Below, one piece after another: positions 37,361-44,843 of a DNA stretch of 64,000 nucleotides. Within the stretch, counting starts at the first letter, position 1. Every line of letters starts with the position of its first letter. The position numbers and the translations under genes were made by a program. This DNA comes from Gammaproteobacteria bacterium (lineage in GTDB: Bacteria > Pseudomonadota > Gammaproteobacteria > Thiotrichales > Thiotrichaceae). The DNA lies in assembly GCA_018822845.1 (NCBI GenBank), contig JAHJJD010000018.1:16607-80606 (forward strand), read 5' to 3'. Below the pieces are notes generated by a model. The model made no database searches. It saw only the letters and a list, made by a program, of their open reading frames with translations, and had not been told where the DNA came from.

Positions 37361-38755
37361 TCATTTCCCCCGCACCTTCTCGCGGTAGAACAGGTTCCAG
37401 GTATCAAACGGGTAAATCTTGCCGTTCGGCTCGACGAAATGCGTACACGACCGTTTTACCGAGCCGATGTCAAAATCGTATTTGTCCATGAACGCCATGA
37501 TGACGATGCGGAATACATTGTCGTAAGTCAGCCCCTCACTCTGGATGCGCGGCAAGCAACACAGCATGGTTTGCAGGTTATCGGTGGTCTGTTCACTGCA
37601 CGCATCCAGCGAAAATAGTTTGAGGAAAGCATCTTTCAATCCGGCACTTTTTTCAAAGGTAATGGTGTTGTCCACGCCCTTGAGCAGCTCTTCACGCGGC
37701 AGCAAACCCGTTACCGGCACGATTTCCCCGCCCATTTTAATGCCGTAGCCGATAGAAATGTTTTCCGGGTGACACGGCAGCGGGATCATGTCGGTATCGC
37801 CAAACGGGTTGTCGGCCTCGACGATGCGGGTGCGGATTTCACTCAGGGTAATCCTGTGTTGGCTTCGACTCGCTCCCTGAGCAGAGTCGAAGGGAACCTC
37901 ATTGCGTCCTGCATCTTGTACCGGCTGGAAAGTAATGCCACGCACGCACTTCCACTGTTGGGCAAACTGGATGATCTCGCCGATTTCATCGTCATTCACC
38001 CCCTTGCGGATCACGCACACCAGCGTAGTGGAAATATTGTGCTGTTCCAGCTTTTCCAGCGCTTGCTGGCGGATATTGCGCATATCCTGCCCGCGAATAT
38101 TTTGTAGCGCCGCAGCCTTGAGCGAATCGAATTGCAAGTAGACCTCGAAACCCGGCTTGAGGCTGGCGAGGTCTTCCACCAAATGTGGGTCACGCGCAAT
38201 GCGGATGCCATTGGTATTGAGCATCAAATGGCGGATCGGGCTGGCCTTCAGGCGGCGTAAAATATCCATCAACTGCGGATGCAAGGTCGGTTCGCCACCA
38301 GACACTTGCACCAGATCGGGCTGCTGTTCGCTGGCCAGCAGGGTTTGCAACATGATTTCAAGGTCTTCCATGCTGCGTGGATTACCCATGCCGGGCGCAG
38401 AATTGGCGAAACATACCGGACAGTGCATATTACATTCGTCGATAATTTCAAACAGCGCCAGACAGGAATGCTGTTCATGATCAGGACACAGGCCGCAGTC
38501 GTGCGGGCAACCCTGCTTGATTTCGGTCTGGAAAGCCTCCGGCATGTCGCCCGGTTTCAGGTATTCCTTGCAGCGCTTGTAATAGTCGATGTCGGTGGAA
38601 ATCAGGGTCTTTTGCACGCCGTGTTCCGCGCAACGCTTCTGGTAATACACATTGCCGTGCTGGAACAGGATTTTGGCAGGCACGACCGTGAGGCATTCTT
38701 CACACAGTGATTGTGTCTGGCCGTAGAAAATGTAGGGACGGGCTTTGTTGCTCAA
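37361..38755 (-). CDS. Radical SAM enzyme of the Tes/GDGT-MAS (MJ0619)-like family
   Basis: N-terminal CEEC...CAEH metal site, GCPHDCGLCPDH auxiliary motif, CNMHCPVC radical-SAM triad, VSGGEPTLHP, LNTNG, VYLQFD, C-terminal KRSCTHF...YPFD. The TTG start at 38755 overlaps the upstream TGA (TTGA coupling). Confidence 0.85.
   Translation of the reverse strand: MSNKARPYIFYGQTQSLCEECLTVVPAKILFQHGNVYYQKRCAEHGVQKTLISTDIDYYKRCKEYLKPGDMPEAFQTEIKQGCPHDCGLCPDHEQHSCLALFEIIDECNMHCPVCFANSAPGMGNPRSMEDLEIMLQTLLASEQQPDLVQVSGGEPTLHPQLMDILRRLKASPIRHLMLNTNGIRIARDPHLVEDLASLKPGFEVYLQFDSLKAAALQNIRGQDMRNIRQQALEKLEQHNISTTLVCVIRKGVNDDEIGEIIQFAQQWKCVRGITFQPVQDAGRNEVPFDSAQGASRSQHRITLSEIRTRIVEADNPFGDTDMIPLPCHPENISIGYGIKMGGEIVPVTGLLPREELLKGVDNTITFEKSAGLKDAFLKLFSLDACSEQTTDNLQTMLCCLPRIQSEGLTYDNVFRIVIMAFMDKYDFDIGSVKRSCTHFVEPNGKIYPFDTWNLFYREKVRGK
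37861..37897 (+). repeat. REP-like element (GCTCCCTGAGCAGAGTCGAAGGGAAC plus a partial inverted copy) in frame inside the radical SAM gene
   Basis: Two mismatches from the reconstructed 26-nt element at 15122-15171; encodes VPFDSAQGASRS on the minus strand. Confidence 0.75.
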
Positions 38756-39084
38756 TGGAAATTGCTCCCTGACAGACTCATCAGTATCACCACACAACTA
38801 CCCAGTGCCAGAAAATACATCAGCCCCGTTCCACCCAACAGCATCAGCATGGATTTGGAAAAAGGCTTGGCCGTATCCAGAAACCACTTCAGTGACACCC
38901 CGTGGATTGCCGCCTGAATCAATGCTGGTAGCAGCAAAATACCCATGGAATCTGTCAAGGTTGCACCCAACAATATAATGACCGGAGTCAGCAAAATAAC
39001 CCACAGCAACCAGAAAATTACTTTCTGCCCTACTGTGCGGGGCTCGACTGGGGAAGCAACTGTTTCGACGGAATTGTCAGCCAT
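38752..39084 (-). CDS. Small multi-pass membrane protein with a C-terminal LALGSC motif
   Basis: 110 aa with about three hydrophobic segments. Start overlaps the Lgt-like stop by 8 nt and stop overlaps the radical SAM start. Confidence 0.75.
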   Translation of the reverse strand: MADNSVETVASPVEPRTVGQKVIFWLLWVILLTPVIILLGATLTDSMGILLLPALIQAAIHGVSLKWFLDTAKPFSKSMLMLLGGTGLMYFLALGSCVVILMSLSGSNFH

Positions 39085-39778
39085 GAGTTTTCCTTGTTGT
39101 TAGCAGCATCCGCCCAGCATAGCCGATCAGCAACAAACACAACAACTGGAACAGATTGATAGAGTAGAAAACTGAGGAATAGGGCTTGATGAATTCCCAA
39201 ATAAAACGTTGCCACGAGTAAACCATAACAAACACATAAAAGCCCTGGGCCTGCCAAAACAACGGATTGCGCGGATAACGCATTAGCAAGACAGTCAGAA
39301 ATACCAGCATGGTCAGACTTTCATACAATTGCACCGGATGCCGCTTTACTCCATCACCGAAATCCACACCCCACGGCAGGCTGGTTTCCGTACCATAGGT
39401 GAAATCCGGCAGGCCTGCGAGGAAGCAGCCTACCCGCCCAACTGCAATCAACATGATCAGACCGGGGACGAAATACAGGCCAGTGGATCGGCGGATTCCG
39501 GCGAAGTGCTTGAAGGTTTCCGCCGCCACAATCGCACCAAACACACCACCCAACATACTTTTGGCGATACCGTCTTGCCCCGACAGGTGCAGATTGAGCG
39601 TACCGAACAACGTACTGCCGACAACCAACCCCAGCAGCAAAGCCAGCAGATAATAATGATGCTGAGAGGTCTCTGTAATCCCCGCCGGACGCTGCAATCC
39701 ATACTTGCGCCGGAACCATAGGCTCACCAATACGCCACTTGCCAGCGCCAACAAATCAAAAATGAAGTGAAGCAGCAT
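39077..39778 (-). CDS. Atypical prolipoprotein diacylglyceryl transferase (Lgt-family paralogue)
   Basis: GRVGCFLAG, LPWGVDFGDG..RHPVQLYES and RFIWEFIK motifs of the Lgt family. The usual GGxSxHGG segment reads IAKSMLGG. Confidence 0.85.
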   Translation of the reverse strand: MLLHFIFDLLALASGVLVSLWFRRKYGLQRPAGITETSQHHYYLLALLLGLVVGSTLFGTLNLHLSGQDGIAKSMLGGVFGAIVAAETFKHFAGIRRSTGLYFVPGLIMLIAVGRVGCFLAGLPDFTYGTETSLPWGVDFGDGVKRHPVQLYESLTMLVFLTVLLMRYPRNPLFWQAQGFYVFVMVYSWQRFIWEFIKPYSSVFYSINLFQLLCLLLIGYAGRMLLTTRKTHG

Positions 39779-39822
39779 GAATCACGCCAACTGGAAATGG
39801 ATAAGTTTGAGTTTTCCCCATA

Positions 39823-39975
39823 TCAGCGGTTGGCAGGCTGAGGAGGCGTTTCCGCAGAAGCAGGCGGCTCGACCGGACGTGAATTATTACTATATGGCAA
39901 ACCGGAACAACCCAGCGCAATCCAGACAGCAACAACTCCGGCGGCAACCCAGACAAAGTGTTTGATATTAACCAT
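39823..39975 (-). CDS. Unannotated 50-aa lipoprotein-like peptide
   Basis: MVNIKHFVWVAAGVVAVWIALG-CSGLPYSNNSRPVEPPASAETPPQPANR*: basic N-region, hydrophobic h-region, Cys23 after IALG, and GGAGG 7 nt upstream. Below the ORF-track length cut-off. Confidence 0.7.
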   Translation of the reverse strand: MVNIKHFVWVAAGVVAVWIALGCSGLPYSNNSRPVEPPASAETPPQPANR

Positions 39976-39981
39976 GACGCA

Positions 39982-39999
39982 CCCTCCTTTTCAGGAGAG
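39982..39999 (-). promoter_or_regulatory. Hairpin CUCUCCU-GAAA-AGGAGGG sequestering the Shine-Dalgarno of the 50-aa ORF
   Basis: 7-bp stem with a GNRA tetraloop; the 3' arm is the RBS. Confidence 0.5.
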
Positions 40000-40069
40000 T
40001 ATATATGTAAAATGCCTGCCGGACACTTAAACCAGACAGGCAAGCCCAATCAACACACTCACAACAAAA

Positions 40070-40369
40070 CTAGAAAGAAATATAAGAAAGCAGGCCGACC
40101 TGAGCCAGATAAGGCAGCACAATGACGCTCAGCCCCAACCAGCGCAACATGCCATTCATGGAACAGGTAGCCTTGATAAACTGGAACCACAATGTCATCA
40201 GTAATAAAATTTGTGAAACAGCTACCGACGTTGATAATGCCCGAGCTGAAGCATCAATGGATAAAATGGGATTTGAAAAGAAATTAACAACGACAAACAA
40301 ACTACCTAAAAGCCACAATGCAATAAAAGTGGCTTTTTCCCCAAACGAATAATGATAACGGTAAAACAT
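40070..40369 (-). CDS. Small hydrophobic membrane protein (hypothetical)
   Basis: 99 aa, about three TM segments, GAGGG RBS, AT-rich codons. Confidence 0.6.
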   Translation of the reverse strand: MFYRYHYSFGEKATFIALWLLGSLFVVVNFFSNPILSIDASARALSTSVAVSQILLLMTLWFQFIKATCSMNGMLRWLGLSVIVLPYLAQVGLLSYISF

Positions 40370-40638
40370 CTGACCCTCTCTCGACTACGCTAACACCTTC
40401 ACAACAGCGCGGCCCCAGGACAGGACTATTCAAAGCAGGAACAATTTTGAATCAAATAGATAAAACCCGTGCAGCATGCCCATCCACCAACATCCCCTGG
40501 AAACAACCTGCCCTTGATTCAAAGCCAGTTCAGTGCTTCACTCCAGCCTCACCCCAGCCCATACATTCATTTTACATTAATTTATTCTATATTCAATCAA
40601 TATAATATAATTGGTTGATTTTTATTCAAAAACCCGTA

Positions 40639-41544
40639 TCAATAAGCCAGAAGACGTTTGACGCTTAAAACACCCTTTTCCAGTTGTGCCAGACCAATAA
40701 ATTCACCCACCTCTGTGTAAATTTTCATTAACTGACAATCAGTTTGTTCTGGATAGCACAATCGCTGCCCCTGCCGCAAACGCAAGATCTGGGCCTCATC
40801 CAGAACCATGGAAGGCAATCCGGTCAGAGCCTCGTCCATTGGCATCAAAGCAGCATCCAGCACCTCCCGCCCCTGTTCCGCCAATGCTCTTAATGCTTCC
40901 AGCGAATACATCACATGCCCTTCAAAAGGGGAAACCGATTCGCGCCGCAACATGGTGACATACGCGCCACATCCAATAGCTTCACCAATATCTTCCACTA
41001 GCGAACGGATATAAGTACCCTTGCTGCACACTACATCCAGCGTCAGGGTATTTTCAGTGCGCTCCAGCACTGTCAGGGAGTGAATAGTCACAGCGCGCGC
41101 TTCACGCTCCACTTCCACGCCTTTGCGGGCAAGCTTGTAGAGCGGCTGACCATCCTTCTTCAAAGCGGAATACATGGGTGGAACCTGCCGGATTCCCCCC
41201 CGAAAACCATTCAAAATGGTTTCCAGTTCCACAGTGGGAAGTGGTGGTATCGGGCGGGGATTAATCATTTCACCCTCGGCATCGCCAGTCGTACTGACCA
41301 TGCCCAGCGTAGCTATCGTCACATAATGCTTGTCGGAATCCAGCAGGAAAGCAGAGACTTTGGTCGCCTCACCAAAACAGACCGGCAACATGCCAGTAGC
41401 CAGCGGGTCAAGGCTGCCGGTATGCCCTGCCTTTTCCGCTGCAAACAGAAAACGGGCATCCTGTAATGCCTTGTTGCTGGACACGCCCAAGGCTTTATCC
41501 AGCAGCAGGATACCGTTTAATGGACGGAATTTACGACGCCCCAA
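40639..41544 (-). CDS. truB: tRNA pseudouridine(55) synthase
   Basis: KAGHTGSLDPLATG, QVPPMYSALK and CSKGTYIRSL. Confidence 0.97.
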   Translation of the reverse strand: MGRRKFRPLNGILLLDKALGVSSNKALQDARFLFAAEKAGHTGSLDPLATGMLPVCFGEATKVSAFLLDSDKHYVTIATLGMVSTTGDAEGEMINPRPIPPLPTVELETILNGFRGGIRQVPPMYSALKKDGQPLYKLARKGVEVEREARAVTIHSLTVLERTENTLTLDVVCSKGTYIRSLVEDIGEAIGCGAYVTMLRRESVSPFEGHVMYSLEALRALAEQGREVLDAALMPMDEALTGLPSMVLDEAQILRLRQGQRLCYPEQTDCQLMKIYTEVGEFIGLAQLEKGVLSVKRLLAY

Positions 41545-41547
41545 AAC

Positions 41548-41958
41548 TCAATCACCGTCAGGCTGGGGATCAGCATCAACAGCATCGGCGTGACGGTCAG
41601 AAGCCACTGCCTTGTCTATCAGGCTGGAAAGTGCATTCCCGCGTGACTGGGTATCGTCGTAGAAAAAATGCAGTGCTGGCGTCATGCGCAGTTTCAGCAG
41701 ATGCCCCAGCTCACGCCGCAGGAAACCGGCAGCATGATTGAGCGCTTCCTGAATCTCCTGGCCATGTTCTGGCTGGAGCACATCAAACCATACCTTGGCG
41801 TGGGCAAAGTCTTTGGAAACTTCGACATCCAGCAAAGTCACCATACCCACACGTGGGTCTTTCACCCGGTCACGAATGAGGATGGCAAGATCGCGGCGGA
41901 GTTGTTCTGCTACCCGCTCGGTACGCGCAAATCCGTGCTGGGCATGATGGTGCGCCAT
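41548..41958 (-). CDS. rbfA: Ribosome-binding factor A
   Basis: RTERVAEQLRRDLA, DPRVGMVT and LRMTPALHFFYD. Confidence 0.95.
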   Translation of the reverse strand: MAHHHAQHGFARTERVAEQLRRDLAILIRDRVKDPRVGMVTLLDVEVSKDFAHAKVWFDVLQPEHGQEIQEALNHAAGFLRRELGHLLKLRMTPALHFFYDDTQSRGNALSSLIDKAVASDRHADAVDADPQPDGD

Positions 41959-41960
41959 GA

Positions 41961-44822
41961 CTAGATCTTCCTCGCGACTTCAATACGTTCATAACATTCG
42001 ATCTGGTCACCTGCACGCACATCAGTGTAGTCCTTGATGGCGATACCACACTCGGTACCCATCTGGACTTCCTTGACATCATCACGGTGACGGCGCAGTG
42101 ATTCGAGTTCACCCTCGTAAATGACCACGTTGTCGCGCAGCACGCGGATCGGGTTGCCACGACGCACTGCGCCATCGATAACCAGACAGCCAGCTACCTG
42201 GCCGAAACCGGATGCACGGAACACGTCGCGGACTTCCGCGATACCGACGAAGACTTCGCGGACTTCCGGCGACAGCAGGCCACTCATGGCTTCCTTCACA
42301 TCATTCACGACATCGTAAATGATGCTGTAATAACGGATTTCGACGCCGCCTTCAGAAGCCGACCGGCGCGCAGTGGCATCAGCACGCACGTTGAATGCAA
42401 CAATGATGGCCTTGGAAGCTGCCGCCAGATCAACGTCGCTTTCATTGATGCCGCCAACGCCGGAAGACACGACGCGCACTTCAACCTCATCAGTAGAAAG
42501 TTTGAGCAGTTCGCCACGGATGGCTTCCACACTGCCCTGCACATCTGCCTTGACCAACAGGTTGACCTGGGCGCGGGAACCAGCCTGCATCTGACTGAAC
42601 AGGTTATCCAGCTTGGCGCTGCTTTGGGCGGCGAAACGGCTGTCACGCTGCTTCTCACGGCGCAACTCGGCAATTTCACGCGCTTTGCGCTCATCATTGA
42701 GCACGACCACTTCGTCACCGGCTTCGGGGGCCGCAGACAAACCCAGTACTGCTACTGGAATGGATGGGCCTGCTTCTCTTACCGGACGACCCGTTTCATC
42801 GAACATCGCCCGTACACGCCCGTATTCGGAACCGCACAGAATCAGGTCGCCCTTGCTCAGGGTTCCGCTACGCACCAGCACGGTAGCAACAGCGCCACGA
42901 CCCTTTTCCACACTGGCTTCGATGACGTTGCCAGCGGCGGGCGCATCGACCGGGGCTTTCAACTCCTGAACTTCCGCCACCAGCAAAAGTGTTTCCAGCA
43001 ATTCGTCGATGCCTTCGCCAGTCTTGGCGGAAACCTTGGCGACAGGCACATCACCGCCCCATGCTTCAGTCAGGACATCGTACTGGGAAAGCTCGGTAAG
43101 CACCTTCTCCGGGTCAGCTTCCGGCTTGTCGATCTTATTGATGACCACGACCATCGGCACACCGGCTGCTTTCGCATGCTGGATGGCTTCCCTGGTTTGT
43201 GGCATGACGCCATCATCTGCGGCTACAATCAGGATAACGATGTCCGTTACCTGGGCACCACGGGCGCGCATTTTGGTAAAGGCTGCGTGACCCGGTGTAT
43301 CCAGGAAAGTAACCGTACCATGGTCGGTATCAACGTGGTATGCGCCAATATGCTGGGTAATACCACCCGCTTCGCCTGCTGCAACGCGCGTTTTGCGGAT
43401 GTAATCCAGCAGTGAGGTTTTACCGTGGTCAACGTGGCCCATGATGGTAACAACCGGTGGACGCGGCTTTTCTTCATATTCCACATCGGAATCTATCATG
43501 GCAGCCAGCATCGTAGCATCGTCCATTTCCTGCATAGGCTTGGCTTTATGACCCAGTTCTTCCGTCACCAGAATGGCAGTATCCTGATCAATGGACTGGT
43601 TGATGGTCATCATCATGCCCATTTTCATCATGGCCTTGATGATGTCAGTTGCACGAATGGCAAGTTTCTGCGCAAGGTCGGAAACCACGATTGTCGGTGG
43701 AATTTCAATCTCACGAATCACTGGCGCAGTCGGCTTTTCAAAGCCATGTTTGGCGGTGGCTGCACGCTGGTCTGGCTTGTTGAACTCGCGGCGTCCGCCT
43801 TTCTTTTTGCCCTGACGGCTGGCACCCGAAACATGCAATTCTTCACGGTCACGCCCACCTGTCTTGCCCTTGGCAGGTTTGCTGCGGACAACTTTTTTGT
43901 CCGCAGATTTATCCGCTGAAAACTCTTCACCCCGAACCACTGGTGCTGCTTTGACTTCTTCTTCACTAGGGGTAGCAGTAGCGATAACGGTACGCGGCGC
44001 AAGTGAGGGCTTGGGTTTTGGCTTTAGCTTGGAGGGGCGACGCTTCAGCGTAGCAGCTGCCTCTTCCCTTGCCGCAGCAGCCACAGCTTCGCGCTGCTCC
44101 ATCGCAGTTGGCTTATCAGCCTCTTCATTACTGGCAATACTTTTGGCAACAGGCTCAGCAGCGGGCTTAACAGGCGTCTCTGCCGGAGGGGCTGCTTTTG
44201 CAACAGGTGCTTCCGGTTCGACTGCTTTCTGTTCGACAGGAGCCGTTTCTGGCTGCGGCGCTGGTTGTGCCACTGGCTCAAGCACGACTGGTTCTTCTTC
44301 TACTGGCTGCAACACTTCCACGACGGGTTTGGTTTCTTCCGGCACGTTCTTGTTGCGCTGCTGCTCCATGCGTCGGGCTTCCAGATTGCGGCGTTCCTGC
44401 TCTCCTTTCTGGATCGCTGCTTCACGCGCTTTGCGCTCAGCGGTCATTTGCCGCGCCAGTTCCTCGCTCCGGCTGGAACCTTCCGTTACGCCTGAACTCA
44501 TGGCTGGGCGGGATTCTGATGTCTGGGACGTATTGAAACTTTTCTTGCGTCTGACTTCGACACTGACGGTTTTACCGCGCCCGGCTCCAACCGTCATTTC
44601 ACTGGTGGAACGGCGTTTCAAGGTAATCTTGCCACCGCCAGCTGGCTGGCTGCCAACCTGCGAACCCTGGCGAATATGCGCCAGCAGTGTCAGTTTCTGC
44701 GCGTCTGTGATCCATGCGTCAGGGCCGTCGACTTCAATACCCGCGTCCTGCAATTGTTTCAACAGAACTTCAACGGGAGCGTTGACAATCTCGGCAAGTT
44801 TTTTGACTGCTATATCCGACAT
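41961..44822 (-). CDS. infB: Translation initiation factor IF-2
   Basis: [25 protein letters not shown] and KADVQGS. Confidence 0.98.
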   Translation of the reverse strand: MSDIAVKKLAEIVNAPVEVLLKQLQDAGIEVDGPDAWITDAQKLTLLAHIRQGSQVGSQPAGGGKITLKRRSTSEMTVGAGRGKTVSVEVRRKKSFNTSQTSESRPAMSSGVTEGSSRSEELARQMTAERKAREAAIQKGEQERRNLEARRMEQQRNKNVPEETKPVVEVLQPVEEEPVVLEPVAQPAPQPETAPVEQKAVEPEAPVAKAAPPAETPVKPAAEPVAKSIASNEEADKPTAMEQREAVAAAAREEAAATLKRRPSKLKPKPKPSLAPRTVIATATPSEEEVKAAPVVRGEEFSADKSADKKVVRSKPAKGKTGGRDREELHVSGASRQGKKKGGRREFNKPDQRAATAKHGFEKPTAPVIREIEIPPTIVVSDLAQKLAIRATDIIKAMMKMGMMMTINQSIDQDTAILVTEELGHKAKPMQEMDDATMLAAMIDSDVEYEEKPRPPVVTIMGHVDHGKTSLLDYIRKTRVAAGEAGGITQHIGAYHVDTDHGTVTFLDTPGHAAFTKMRARGAQVTDIVILIVAADDGVMPQTREAIQHAKAAGVPMVVVINKIDKPEADPEKVLTELSQYDVLTEAWGGDVPVAKVSAKTGEGIDELLETLLLVAEVQELKAPVDAPAAGNVIEASVEKGRGAVATVLVRSGTLSKGDLILCGSEYGRVRAMFDETGRPVREAGPSIPVAVLGLSAAPEAGDEVVVLNDERKAREIAELRREKQRDSRFAAQSSAKLDNLFSQMQAGSRAQVNLLVKADVQGSVEAIRGELLKLSTDEVEVRVVSSGVGGINESDVDLAAASKAIIVAFNVRADATARRSASEGGVEIRYYSIIYDVVNDVKEAMSGLLSPEVREVFVGIAEVRDVFRASGFGQVAGCLVIDGAVRRGNPIRVLRDNVVIYEGELESLRRHRDDVKEVQMGTECGIAIKDYTDVRAGDQIECYERIEVARKI

Positions 44823-44843
44823 ACTACTCTTCCTCCCGCAGAA

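Noticed and set aside
40377-40394. GTTAGCGTAGTCGAGAGA (minus strand), loosely like the CTGAGCGGAGTCGAAG repeat core
   Set aside because: Too short and degenerate, with no flanking inverted arms, to call as a family member.
40590-40625. AATCAA...TTGATT inverted motif in the AT-rich spacer (possible FNR or other operator)
   Set aside because: Orientation and spacing do not fit TTGAT-N4-ATCAA, and such matches are expected by chance in AT-rich DNA.
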